33,691 nucleotides of DNA, taken from Methanobacteriota archaeon (GTDB lineage: Archaea > Thermoplasmatota > Poseidoniia > Poseidoniales > Poseidoniaceae). The position numbers and the translations under genes are program-made. Positions 17,501 through 28,800 of the stretch are shown here, piece after piece. The stretch lies in assembly GCA_002720275.1 (NCBI GenBank), contig PBHR01000004.1:17280-50970 (forward strand). The letters are read 5' to 3'. Below the pieces are notes generated by a model that searched no databases, was not told the origin of the DNA, and saw only the letters and a program-made list of their open reading frames with translations. How positions within the stretch are numbered: position 1 is the stretch's first letter; each line of letters begins with the position of its first letter.

Positions 17501-20023
17501 CTAATTCCCAGTTATTGCTTTATGGAACATCATTTGTACTTCTTGCATTTTTCTAGTTGCTCCAACTTCTCTAAATACATTCAAAGCTCTTTGTAAATAC
17601 TCCATACGTCTTTGTTTATCTAGACCTGTTGAACCTAATCTAGATAGTAATTCGCCAACCAAAAGTGGTTGATTACTAGATTCAGCTAAAGCGAGTCCTT
17701 CAAGGTATTTTTCTACAGCCTCATCTCTTTTTCCTGAATCTTCAAGAACCTCTCCTAATAATAAAATCAATTCTACTTTAATCTCAAAGTCTTCAGAATT
17801 TCCAAGAGTTTGTAATGTTTCTAAATAATGATTTAAGGCCAAATCTGTATCTCCATTTAAAGCATAATACCTTCCTAAAACTGCTCTGGCACGGGAATGA
17901 GTAATTTCTTCATCTTTTGATTGAGTTTCATCATATGCCTTAAGTGCATGTTCTCTACCAGATTCTAATTCACCCATTTCTAAATAAGAACGCGCTAAAT
18001 TTATCCTTGCATGCACCAAATTGGTATCTTTTTCATTTGAAAGAATATGTTCAACTTCTGAATGAGCATCCATGGCTAATTGTTTCTTTCCTTGCGATCT
18101 GAAAATATAACTCATATTCGTGTATGAATTACAGGCTCCAATTGAATCTTTTACCGCAATAAATCTCTTTAATGCTTGTCTATGTAAATCTAGAGCCAAT
18201 GTACTATCTCCTCTTTTCCAAGCAAGTTCTGCTAAGGATGAAAGTAGAACACTTTCTAATTTTAGATCTTTAGCCTTATTTGCATTATCCATGGCTACTG
18301 TAAATGAAGCCTCTGCACCACCGAAATCTCCAGCTAATGCTAAAATTTCACCTCTTAAATGCCATAGTTTCCCCCAGATTTTAGCTGGTCCTTTCGAATC
18401 AATTAAACGATTTATCAATCCCAATAGCTCTAATTGCCCTGTGTGAATTAATTCACTACCTCTTAATGCAACCTCTTCGGCAGCATCTTCAGAATCTGCA
18501 TAACTAATTTTATGATGTAAATATTCAATAATATCTTGAGGAGTATGCAATTTCTTTTTGTACCATTCTGCTGCAGAGTTATGAAGTGGAATTGAAACTT
18601 GTTCATCAATTCCATTAAATATAAATTCTCTAATCAGATCATGAACGTCATAATTATCTGAATCTACTCTCCTAGCTAAACCCTGTTCGACTAAATTATC
18701 TAAAGTGTTTAGATCTAAATCAAGATTAGTCAATGCCTCAAGAGGAATTGGTTCACGAAAGATTGCCAATGATTGTAACAATCTTTTTTCTTCAGCGGAC
18801 AACTTATTAAAAATTTCAAGAGAAACATAATTTTCTAAAGTCAAATGGTGTTCTATTGTTGAAGCACCTCTATCAATTAATTCTAAAACTAAGGGATGTC
18901 CTTTAGAAACACCATAAATTCTTTCAAAATTATCCTCATCAATACTATCAAATGATTTCAACAAATTCTTAGATGATTCTGGATCTAATCCATCAAGAGG
19001 TAAAATTTTACTAACTGTTTTCCCACTTTTATCTCTTAAAGGCAATACTGGGCGATAAGACCTAGAGAAAATTACCAGACCTAATCCTTCATCCATTTCA
19101 TTAATTCTTAATGTGAAATTGTAAATAATTTTGTAAAAGATGTCTTCATCATTTTTATGATAATCATCGATAACAATCAGTGCTGGAACCTTTTTCAAAC
19201 AACTTATCAATAGTTCAACAGTTTCATCAACTCTAGGAACTGAACTTGCTTCAAGATAGTCATTAAGTTCATCTATGCCTATTGAACTAAGCCATGCACC
19301 AATATCTTCTAAAAATGGTCGACCGCCCACTCCAAGTTGGCATCTATGATAAATCAAATTTCTTCTAAACGTATAGTTTTCTAATAATTTAGCAGCCAAA
19401 CTAGTTTTTCCAATTCCTGCTATACCTGGAATTAAAATTGCAGTAGGGCCTTCGTCTAATGATTCTGAAATAGCCTGTAATTCTGTAACTCTTCCATAAA
19501 AATGCCTTAAACGAGGTAAATCTCCAAGTGTGGATGTTAGTTGTTTTTCAACTCTTTTAGTTAAATCTCTTTCAATTAATTCTGGAGAAAGTTTTGTGAT
19601 GTCTAAAACACCATCATCCCTAAGATATCTTAAAATATCTACAGGCCTAATCTGAAAAGGTAAAATTTCACTACAAGAACCCAAGGTTGTTTCCAATAAG
19701 TTATCATCATCTGAGAGAACTGAAAATTTATGTTGACTTAATCTATTCCATGTTTCTTCTGCTATGTCCGCACCTGTTGATGTTAAAAAGTAGGATTTTC
19801 TTTTACGCATCACACCAGAAACATGTGCTTGCCTTTCTATCAACAAACCTTGTTCCTTTAAACCTGAAATTGCACGAGGAACATTGCTTCTTGCAATTGC
19901 TACTGCATTTGCAATCCCCATTTGAGATAATGCGAATGGTACTTCAACCGACTCAATAAATGCCACATAATCTCTTAAGTGTAGGAGAATACGTTCTTGT
20001 ACGCCTGGTTTTGGATTATTCAT
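17501..20023 (-). CDS. STAND-class ATPase with N-terminal winged HTH and C-terminal TPR repeats
   Basis: wHTH (LSQMGIANAVAIARSNVPRAISGLKEQGLL...YFLTSTG), FYGRVTEL, Walker A GIAGIGKT (19403-19426), Walker B LIVIDD, sensor FSR, GxP (GHPLVLEL), an MHD-like VHDLIREF, then TPR-like helical repeats. Confidence 0.9.
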   Translation of the reverse strand: MNNPKPGVQERILLHLRDYVAFIESVEVPFALSQMGIANAVAIARSNVPRAISGLKEQGLLIERQAHVSGVMRKRKSYFLTSTGADIAEETWNRLSQHKFSVLSDDDNLLETTLGSCSEILPFQIRPVDILRYLRDDGVLDITKLSPELIERDLTKRVEKQLTSTLGDLPRLRHFYGRVTELQAISESLDEGPTAILIPGIAGIGKTSLAAKLLENYTFRRNLIYHRCQLGVGGRPFLEDIGAWLSSIGIDELNDYLEASSVPRVDETVELLISCLKKVPALIVIDDYHKNDEDIFYKIIYNFTLRINEMDEGLGLVIFSRSYRPVLPLRDKSGKTVSKILPLDGLDPESSKNLLKSFDSIDEDNFERIYGVSKGHPLVLELIDRGASTIEHHLTLENYVSLEIFNKLSAEEKRLLQSLAIFREPIPLEALTNLDLDLNTLDNLVEQGLARRVDSDNYDVHDLIREFIFNGIDEQVSIPLHNSAAEWYKKKLHTPQDIIEYLHHKISYADSEDAAEEVALRGSELIHTGQLELLGLINRLIDSKGPAKIWGKLWHLRGEILALAGDFGGAEASFTVAMDNANKAKDLKLESVLLSSLAELAWKRGDSTLALDLHRQALKRFIAVKDSIGACNSYTNMSYIFRSQGKKQLAMDAHSEVEHILSNEKDTNLVHARINLARSYLEMGELESGREHALKAYDETQSKDEEITHSRARAVLGRYYALNGDTDLALNHYLETLQTLGNSEDFEIKVELILLLGEVLEDSGKRDEAVEKYLEGLALAESSNQPLLVGELLSRLGSTGLDKQRRMEYLQRALNVFREVGATRKMQEVQMMFHKAITGN

Positions 20024-20084
20024 GATGCTCCCGTTCCATCTTTATTGTAATACGTTATGAATGCAATGGTCAAATGCTCAAAAA

Positions 20085-23000
20085 TCAAAAACGATCTCTA
20101 TATTGTTCTGCATACGCTCTTGCAGAGGTTTCATCATAACCCTGTGTAATTAATTGTTGTACATAAGCTTCTAAATTTGGATTTGGATCTACATTCTGAG
20201 CAGGTATCGTTTGTACTACCGCTTGTTGTTGTGTTTGTTGTTGATTTTGTGCCCAAGCATATGTTTCATTAGTTCCGCTTTGTTCCTCAATTGAAAAATC
20301 GTCTTCTTCGTCTTCGAATTCAATAAAGAAAAATGCCAACACGGCAAGTATTGCTACAATCACAATCACAATCAGACCAATCAGCATTATTGACATTCCT
20401 TCTTCTGGGCTTTCAACGGAAAGTCCTCCAGAAACAGGATAAGAATCACTAGCATATTCAAATTCCACTTCAACAACACCACCATCTTCAGGGAAGAAGG
20501 TTCTAGGCACTTCTAATCTCCAAGTACCTTCCTCATCTACAATAGCTTCTCCCAAAGGTATTTTTCCTGCAGTCATATATGCTTTAACGGATTGCCCTGG
20601 CCTTCCTGTACCGATGTATATTGCAGGATTATCTGTATTTACGTCTTCACTATTAAATTGTTCAAATGTAAACTCTACAGCAATAATCACAATATTGAAT
20701 TCTGGCGATTCTATTGATTGACTATAGGAATCTGATGCCTTCAACTTAACACCAATAAAACTCCACTGTGCTTCTTCTGAATAATATGTACTCATTGTAG
20801 ATGTGGCAGGGTTATAAGTTAAAATTCCTGTTTGGGGGTTGATCTCTAAAACTTTAAACATAAATTGATCATGTTCATTGAAATCTTCCTCATTTCCTGC
20901 AATAGTATAACTTAATTGTTGACTACTAGAATGTTCAAAAAATTGATTTAAATCCATTTCTAAACCTGAACCACATTTTTCTAATGATTTTGAACCTTTG
21001 TCACAAAAAATCTTCACAGTTGACCCACCGCCTAAGTATTCATCCCAAGCAGTTTGATTAAACTGAGGTGGATCTACTTCTTCCGCAGGATTTAATATGA
21101 CCACACTTGTTGATTTTACAACACTATAGTCTACAGCATCATATGCCCTAACATTAATTGTATATTCACTTAAATGCTCAAGTTCAGAGGTGTCCCAATA
21201 GGTCTCCCAATCGGTGCCCTCAAATTGATAAATATTTGGTAAATTTGTCCATCCACCAAGAGAATCGGTAATATTTACTTCAACTCGACTAATATCACCA
21301 TCTAAATCATTAGCATATCCATAAATTCTAGTCAATTCATCACCTTGAATATCTCCAGAAGGTCCATAAATTTCGACAATTGGTATTGCATTTTCATTAT
21401 TTATTGTCAAAGTTAGTTCCACAGGGTTACATTCACCAATATCAGATCTACAAAATTTTGAATCACTAGCCCAAACCTGTACATTGTATACTCCGGAAGA
21501 ATGAGGACTAAAGTCCCACACATATTCCCAGTTACTCCAATCAGCAGGAACAAATTCCTCATTAGGCAAAGTAGAACCATCTTCTTTTGTAAATTTAATA
21601 TGTATCTTATGTAAATCGGGAGAGTTAACGCCTGAATATGTATCAGATGCTGAACCTCTAAATGTCACTGTATTTTGACTGTGCTCAGAATTGTCTTGAG
21701 GTGACGTCAACAATACAGTTGGTGTCACAGTGTTTAATTGAAAGGATCTAGAAACAATTGGACTATATTCAACTCCGTCAAACGCCCTGAATTCAAATTG
21801 ATAATCTGCCTCTGGTTGAGTGCTCATATCTAAATTATAAGACCAAGTCCTCCAAGGCCAATTTTGTTGAGTAACTGTATCTTGATTAAAACCACTAGTA
21901 TCTGTAGCTAAAATTCCATCGTCCCAAGATCCTCCAGGTAAACGAATTTCGACTCTATCAACAGTACCCATGTGGCCTAATAGTGCTTCCCAATCTGAAT
22001 TGTAGGTTCCTGGATCTCTATCATCAGAACCATCAAATGAAGTTCCTGAGATATTTATCCATCTCTTAAATGCAGAATTATCAGGATATTGAATATCAAT
22101 TCCAACTGTAGGTGCAATATTAACCAAATCAATCACACCTTCTATTTGAGAAGTCAAGGTAATTGATTCAGAAGCAAATCCTTTGTCAAATTTCCAAGCA
22201 TCAATATAATACTTTGATAATTCTCTCCCTCCGCCATTACAATCTGGATCTTCATCATCATATAGCAAATCACCATCATTATCCAAATCATCATTACATG
22301 AATTCTCAGATGGATCTGTTACCAATCCATCCGGATAAACTCCAAAACCAGTGAAATCAAGATGGAAATCACTCGCTAAAACAATTTGAGGAGTCATCCC
22401 ATATTCATCTGTAGTTAAATTATACAATTCATTTCCATGGCTATCTCTTACTGTAATATCAGCATTAGAAACAGTGTCTCCATTTGCTAAAACACGATAC
22501 CTTACAAGTTCCCCCTGTTGTACAATGTTTTGATGTTTTCCCGCCCCACTATTTAATCTTCCAATATGGATGTTTTCTAAACCAATATCTAAATCTGCAA
22601 ATGCAAATACTGTAGCATTGGGATTTAATTCGATAGACATTGGTATATCTTCTGGATAAACATATTCGGAAAATAAATTACTATACATGGGTGGTACTTT
22701 CAAACAATCTGTATACATTGTTGTATCACAATTTATTGCTGAACCCCTCCATCTTAATCCAATTGAATAAACTCCTGAAGCAGAAGGTACAGGTATTGTT
22801 TCTGATTGTACTGCAACCCTACTCTCTGTAACATTGTATGTTTGAGCATCTACATTCCAAGTATTATTAGAAAAATATGCTATAGAACCATATTTTCCAG
22901 TATATTCTCTATTGCTATCAGATGAATATTTTGTATTATAACTTGAAATTCGGGCTGCATACTCGCCTGCAGAAACAGTATTGTTTCTTACGTCAACTAT

Positions 23001-24518
23001 TCCACCAGTAACTCTTATTCCATCTCCTACAGTATCCTCTATTGTATTATTCCAAAGTGTTGCTGAACCCATATAAACATGCACTGCAGGGCATTCGAAT
23101 GTTCCTTCTGTGTTTCCTGTCTCTCCATAAACGGTTTTAGAATTACATGCTCCACCTGCATTAATAATTTCACTATTTGTTAATTTCAACCTAGCCGCAT
23201 ATGGCTCAGATACACCAGTGTTCCAATTATCATCATCCCAATGATATTCACCCAATAAAATTGGTTCTCTAGCTACTGTGTCAATTTTTGTATTATGAAT
23301 TAATATATCTGATTCTCCTTGTATATATACTCCATTATATCCTGTAATATTATGAATATCTGAATTAATTACTGATAATTCGGATGAACTTACAAAAATA
23401 CCTGATCCTTCTTGAGAACCACTAATCTCAACATCATCAAGAAATACAAAACCATTTTGTTTAATGGTAAGAGATGCTGCTCCAACAGATGTAAATGTTG
23501 AACTATTAATGTAAATAGGGAAATGTATCTCGTTTCCTCCAGATTCAATTACTCTTCTTGAGTCAACAAAAACTCCATTACATTCTACCGTAAATTCAGA
23601 ATTTAAAATTTCTCCAGCTGTATTCTTCAAGTTCATTCCATAGTCGGTATTAGTTCCTTCTGCATTCGGAATCATTTTGACTCCGTCAAAAAAGATATGA
23701 CTGTTTTCAACCCAAAGAGATGAAAGTCCTCCAGAATTCTGCCCGCAGCCATTTGTAGTTCCAGCGATGTCAGAATTTAAAATTGTAAATCGCTCTTGCT
23801 GATTTTTACCAGATGTATATGCCGAAATAGCAGGACCTCTAAATCCCTGTTCATCATTTCCTGCAACAAAATCACTATTTGAGATTACAGGTGCTGCTTG
23901 ATTCGTAACTAAAACACTAGACGTATTAATATTAGAAAATGAAATGTCATCAGCATTAATACTTGTACCATCAAAAATCAATGCTGCATATTCTTTGCTT
24001 TGCCCAATTAACATAGGATATCCATAGGCACTATTTATTGATAATTTTTTAATGCTAGAAATTGCTTCATCAATTCCTGAATTTAAAACAATACCTTCCC
24101 CGCAAGATGCATCCCAACTAAATTCAAGATCTTCACACCAAGTGCTTTGCGTTTCATCTGCTGGAGATTGCCATGTAAAACTAATTGTTCCACCAGCTGT
24201 AGCTCCACACCCTGTATCTCCAGCACAAATAGCACCGTCCACAATTAATGCGGAACCGGCAGCTAAAGTAATTGATGCTCCAGCATTTATTATTAATTTT
24301 GCACCTGGAGGAACCGTTACATTTCCAACTAAACTATGGGTATTTCTCCAAACCTCAATTCCATTAATTTCATCATTTCCAGCACTACCATCAGTCTGGT
24401 TAATACTATTAGCTGAAACAATAGGAGAAAATGAAATTGCAACTGACATTGAACTTAAAATCATCAGAAGGCATAAGAAAAAACTACGAGATGTTGATGA
24501 AGATATCACGTCTACCAC
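20085..24518 (-). CDS. Membrane-anchored surface protein: parallel beta-helix plus tandem Ig-like domains
   Basis: 1477 aa. Signal peptide, then NVTVPPGAKLIINAG, beta-helix coils (I.NS.I, NNTI..GDGIRV, NNTV) and at least three Ig-like modules (APTV...ISGTSFD...VEIR...W...FRAFDG; FRGSASD...VWASD; IYGYAND...VRAYD). It ends in a TM helix (LIGLIVIVIVAILAVLAFFFI) and a cytoplasmic tail. GTG start. Confidence 0.88.
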   Translation of the reverse strand: MVDVISSSTSRSFFLCLLMILSSMSVAISFSPIVSANSINQTDGSAGNDEINGIEVWRNTHSLVGNVTVPPGAKLIINAGASITLAAGSALIVDGAICAGDTGCGATAGGTISFTWQSPADETQSTWCEDLEFSWDASCGEGIVLNSGIDEAISSIKKLSINSAYGYPMLIGQSKEYAALIFDGTSINADDISFSNINTSSVLVTNQAAPVISNSDFVAGNDEQGFRGPAISAYTSGKNQQERFTILNSDIAGTTNGCGQNSGGLSSLWVENSHIFFDGVKMIPNAEGTNTDYGMNLKNTAGEILNSEFTVECNGVFVDSRRVIESGGNEIHFPIYINSSTFTSVGAASLTIKQNGFVFLDDVEISGSQEGSGIFVSSSELSVINSDIHNITGYNGVYIQGESDILIHNTKIDTVAREPILLGEYHWDDDNWNTGVSEPYAARLKLTNSEIINAGGACNSKTVYGETGNTEGTFECPAVHVYMGSATLWNNTIEDTVGDGIRVTGGIVDVRNNTVSAGEYAARISSYNTKYSSDSNREYTGKYGSIAYFSNNTWNVDAQTYNVTESRVAVQSETIPVPSASGVYSIGLRWRGSAINCDTTMYTDCLKVPPMYSNLFSEYVYPEDIPMSIELNPNATVFAFADLDIGLENIHIGRLNSGAGKHQNIVQQGELVRYRVLANGDTVSNADITVRDSHGNELYNLTTDEYGMTPQIVLASDFHLDFTGFGVYPDGLVTDPSENSCNDDLDNDGDLLYDDEDPDCNGGGRELSKYYIDAWKFDKGFASESITLTSQIEGVIDLVNIAPTVGIDIQYPDNSAFKRWINISGTSFDGSDDRDPGTYNSDWEALLGHMGTVDRVEIRLPGGSWDDGILATDTSGFNQDTVTQQNWPWRTWSYNLDMSTQPEADYQFEFRAFDGVEYSPIVSRSFQLNTVTPTVLLTSPQDNSEHSQNTVTFRGSASDTYSGVNSPDLHKIHIKFTKEDGSTLPNEEFVPADWSNWEYVWDFSPHSSGVYNVQVWASDSKFCRSDIGECNPVELTLTINNENAIPIVEIYGPSGDIQGDELTRIYGYANDLDGDISRVEVNITDSLGGWTNLPNIYQFEGTDWETYWDTSELEHLSEYTINVRAYDAVDYSVVKSTSVVILNPAEEVDPPQFNQTAWDEYLGGGSTVKIFCDKGSKSLEKCGSGLEMDLNQFFEHSSSQQLSYTIAGNEEDFNEHDQFMFKVLEINPQTGILTYNPATSTMSTYYSEEAQWSFIGVKLKASDSYSQSIESPEFNIVIIAVEFTFEQFNSEDVNTDNPAIYIGTGRPGQSVKAYMTAGKIPLGEAIVDEEGTWRLEVPRTFFPEDGGVVEVEFEYASDSYPVSGGLSVESPEEGMSIMLIGLIVIVIVAILAVLAFFFIEFEDEEDDFSIEEQSGTNETYAWAQNQQQTQQQAVVQTIPAQNVDPNPNLEAYVQQLITQGYDETSARAYAEQYRDRF

Positions 24519-24576
24519 TGTAAGCGACTACTTAATCTATCTAAAATACATCCGCAAAAAGGTTCAGATTTTTAAT

Positions 24577-24582
24577 AAAAAA
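24577..24582 (-). terminator. Possible oligo-T archaeal terminator after the subtilase gene
   Basis: TTTTTT follows the TGA directly. T-runs are common in this AT-rich DNA. Confidence 0.3.
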
Positions 24583-25809
24583 TCAACAATCAATTGTTCC
24601 GTTTAAAGAATCCATCCAGCCTACTGCATTCAATGCACCATATCCATATCTGTCATCATGCGGGATTGCTTGTGCCTGATAAGGTATGGCACTTTCCATT
24701 AATGCTTCTTTAACCATAAAAATACAATTACTTCTGTCAGTATTATCCCATGTCGGTTTTAATGAGGGATTTGCTTCAAGTAACAATGCTAATGCACCAG
24801 TTACAAAAACAGTTGAATCACTTGTTCCAGTACTAGATGTATATTTCCCATCCACCCATGTTGAAATTACATTTACACCTGGTGCTGTAATTTCTGGTTT
24901 CTCATGAGGTAAATTTCTGGGATTATCTCCATAACCTGCAAGATTATCACCTCTACTACTTTTTTCCCATAATGTACCATCTGAATTTAACGCACCAACT
25001 GCAATTACTCCAGGTACATTTGCTGGCACAGAAACTCTGCCATCATCATTCAAACCCCCATCGTTTCCTGCAGCAGCCACTACAAATATCCCAACATTTA
25101 ACGCCTGTTCAACAGCATCTACAGCTAAATTATCCAAAGGGTCTTCAATATCTTGAGCACCGCCTAAAGACATACTAATTATGTCGGCATTTCTTGATTT
25201 ACACCACAGAATTGAATCTGATACTGCCTTGTCACTACCCATCTCATCGGCGCCTAATGCACTAACAACCATTAATTCAACACCAGGTGCTGAACCTTTC
25301 AATACACCATCAGCTGCCAATAAACCTACAATTAAAGTTCCATGCCCATCTTCTGCGTAATCCACAGGTTCAATACTGTCTGAAACAAAATCCTTGTAAA
25401 TTATATTCCCTTGAAGATGCTCTAAATCGGGATGATTTAAATTAACACCCGTATCAATAATACAAACTTTAACACCATCTCCAGTAAATCCAAGTTCTTG
25501 TGCTTGCCTAATTCCTGCGAAATTATAAGCCCACTCAGAATCAGGTGTCTGTACTTCATCAAGTATTGTATAAATGGGTTGTAATAAGATCCAAACAACC
25601 ACTGCCATTGTTAAAAATAAAAGTAAGCCAGAAGGACGAACCCTCCTATTACTCACATGTATTAACGCAATTCTTTGAGTAGGCCATCCAGTAGTTATTG
25701 TCCTAAATTCATCATCTTCATCATATAGCGTTTCAGGGTCAACTGCAGTTAAAATTCTTGGTTCATTAGGTTCTGGAATTAATTCCAAATGTTTTAATTC
25801 CCGAGCCAC
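24583..25809 (-). CDS. Subtilisin-family (S8) serine peptidase with N-terminal membrane anchor
   Basis: GVKVCIIDTG (Asp), GHGT (His), ISMSLGG, AAAGN (oxyanion Asn), KPEITAPG and GTSDST (Ser). TM helix LLLFLTMAVVVWILL. GTG start. Confidence 0.93.
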   Translation of the reverse strand: MARELKHLELIPEPNEPRILTAVDPETLYDEDDEFRTITTGWPTQRIALIHVSNRRVRPSGLLLFLTMAVVVWILLQPIYTILDEVQTPDSEWAYNFAGIRQAQELGFTGDGVKVCIIDTGVNLNHPDLEHLQGNIIYKDFVSDSIEPVDYAEDGHGTLIVGLLAADGVLKGSAPGVELMVVSALGADEMGSDKAVSDSILWCKSRNADIISMSLGGAQDIEDPLDNLAVDAVEQALNVGIFVVAAAGNDGGLNDDGRVSVPANVPGVIAVGALNSDGTLWEKSSRGDNLAGYGDNPRNLPHEKPEITAPGVNVISTWVDGKYTSSTGTSDSTVFVTGALALLLEANPSLKPTWDNTDRSNCIFMVKEALMESAIPYQAQAIPHDDRYGYGALNAVGWMDSLNGTIDC

Positions 25810-25846
25810 AAATATACCCCAATGAAATTACTGTAAACAATTTACA

Positions 25847-28800
25847 TTAAAATCCTGGTCCGCTTCCAGTTCTTCTACTTTTAACAAAAGAATAAATCCC
25901 AAAAGCAAAAATTAAGACAATTATTATTGGAACAATATTTGGTTGTTTTGCTTCATTATCAGCAGTGAATTTTACCTGATTTAGCACAACAGGTTCTGGA
26001 TTCTCAACAAGTGGTGTTTCACCAGCATCTATAGTAAATGTAAATTTATACTCTCCAGCATCAATTTGATCTGTATTAAATAATACTGTTATAGTTTCAT
26101 TACTTTCTGGTAAAATTGTAATCGGCTGTGAAACTGCAGTAATATTTAGTTCCTCAATATAACCTGTAACTGTAACACCTTCTGCTGATATCAATCCATC
26201 ATTATGTACCAATATTGAAAAATCAACGGGTTGATGAATTATTCCACCACCAGGACCCATACTAGGTGTATCCATTCTTAGATTCGCTTCTGCAACTTGG
26301 ACAAGTACATTAACTGGAACCATACTTCCAGACTCACTTGTCACATTTACAACAATATTATAACTTCCTTCGAATGTAAATTCAGGCATTGTTACTGTAA
26401 AACCGACATCTGAAGTGCCATTAGCTGGAATTACTCTAGACAGTGGTTCTGAAACACTCCATCCATCTGGTAATTCAGAGCTATCTATCTCAAAGAATAC
26501 ATTATCATCACCATTTCCTAAATTATCAACTTTAATGTCAAATGCAGTTGTCCCTCCTCCTGCAGTCATTCCAACCACATCAGGACCTGTTGCTTCAATT
26601 GAATAATCCTGAGGAATATGTACTTTAAGATCAAAATTACTAGAGTGACCTGTAGTTGAGGTTGCTATAATTCTTATGTTATGTCCTGTATCATAAGAAA
26701 TACTATTTTCACCATTTGGTAATTTTATTTTTATCAACAACTCCCCATTACTTGGCGATTCACTTATACCAAAACTCATATTCTTAATCTCTTCAAAAGT
26801 ATCTCCAACCTCAAATTCAACTAACCAGTCATCTTTATCAGAACCAGAAACTGATGCCATAAATGTGTAATTTTCTGATGCTAAGTTTCCAGCATATGTT
26901 ATATCGATTGAAACTTCAATATCATAATACTCATCAGTAATTCCATCTCCGTTTAAGTCCCTAATTGTCGCATTAATCATTTCATCTTCTACATAATCAA
27001 TTATTTCATTATTTGAAATAATTTGAGTAATTGAAAATTCAACATCATGCGTCAATACTCGATTAAACTCTACTACAGCCTCAGCAGAAGTAACCACGGC
27101 AAGTGAACCATCTTCTGCAAATCCTGGTGGATAAGCACCACTTATAGTATCACCAATATATTCCATTTCCATTTCCATCTCTAAAGCAGTAAATTCACCA
27201 GAAATTTGTAATGAACCTGCAGGTAATAACCAGATTTCTGCGGTTTCAGATACAGTAATATTCCATTTTGCATCATTCAAAGTTAATGTCAGAGGCACTA
27301 AATCGGTGATTGTAGAATTTGTAGATTCTAAAGTAATAATATCTCTTTCATCTCCAGAGAAATCTGTCCATCTTGTGCTAATTGGTAAATATCCACCAGC
27401 CTTAATTGTAGTATTATGTTCTCCACCATCAATAATTTCAGCTTCAAATGCGTCGTATACAACCATATGGAAACTTGGTGCTTCTGCATGGAAGACCCAT
27501 TTTCCAGGTGCTACAGTTGCATTCCATACAATCTCTCCATCTCCGTTCACAGAAATTGATATTTCTACATTTTCTCTTTCGTATCCTTCATCTGCTGCAG
27601 GGATTAATTCAACACTCATATCTGTAATTATATCATCACTAATACTTTCAAATCCATATTGTATGTCTATTTTACCAGATACAAAAACATTATCTGCATC
27701 TAAAGACACATCTAAATCTTCTTTGTTAATGCTTGTATTTTCTACTTCAACAATTAATGTATCATTATAAGTGAAACCTAAACGGCTCACATTAATAGAA
27801 TAATTATTATTTGCAGGAACATAAAAAGACCATTCTCCATCAGATCCTGTAGTCATATTCAAAGATTCAAATCCATCAGAATCAAGTTTAACTTCAGATT
27901 CTTCAAGTTCTTCACCAATTTGGTATTCTCCATCCTCATTGAAATCCCAATACACATTTCCACTAATTTCAACATACCTAGATAGTTCAATATCTGCAGT
28001 AATTGTTTCATTTTCAGATAAATCACCTAGTGCATAATCCTCTAAAATCCACCTTACTCCATTAAATTCATCTGTATAATTTAATTTCAAACTCCAATCA
28101 CCAGGGTATAATTGTGCTGAAACCATTGCTGTTTGATTTGATAGTGGTAAAGTTACTTCCCCAAGGCCATCATTAGACACAGCTGTTAAACTAACACCCT
28201 TCAACAAACTATAATTAGTGATTTTACCTAATTCAAATAAGGTTAAATTCAAATTAGCTACTTCTAATGTCCTCCATTCAAACGTTCTGTTTTCAGAATT
28301 ACTATCAATGTATACTAATGCTCTAAATGATTGTGTAGTTCCATCTACATCATAAGGGCCAATTGTCACTGTATAATTTCCAGCAGGCACATAATCTAAA
28401 ATCGTACCATTTGAATCTGATTCCATTCTTAAATCTAGCAAGAAGTTGTCACTATCTGTATAATCAAATACAACAGTAACATTCTCTGCTGGTGCAAAGT
28501 TCTGTTCTTTAATTTCAATATCTACTTTCCACAAAGATTGCAAGACTAAATCTATTGTATCTTCTATTCCAGAAACTCCAATTGAAATTGGATCTGGTGT
28601 TATCGCAAATAATGTGTCAAATTCACTTCCATTCTTTACATTTTGAACGTCCATTTCTAAATAATATTGACCAAAAGATAAGTCCATTTCTAAAATTCCA
28701 TCTTCTGTAAACATCTCAGATGTAACGTTTATTGTTTCCTGATTTATTCCTGCCGGAATTAATCTAAAATCAATACTAACTGGTGTTCCATTTTCAAATA

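Noticed and set aside
24052-24606. 184-aa plus-strand ORF, and similar antisense ORFs at 2020, 2722, 4514, 14791, 16965, 18120, 27306 and 32955
   Set aside because: They lie antisense to strongly supported CDS and have shadow-ORF composition with no motifs.
25847-25880. AglB ends in PGF, suggesting a PGF-CTERM archaeosortase signal
   Set aside because: In PGF-CTERM the PGF precedes the TM helix and basic tail. Here it follows them at the extreme C-terminus, so the order does not fit.
27161-27180. TTCCAT x3 microsatellite as a phase-variation tract
   Set aside because: It is a short in-frame hexamer encoding MEMEME, so slippage would not shift the frame.
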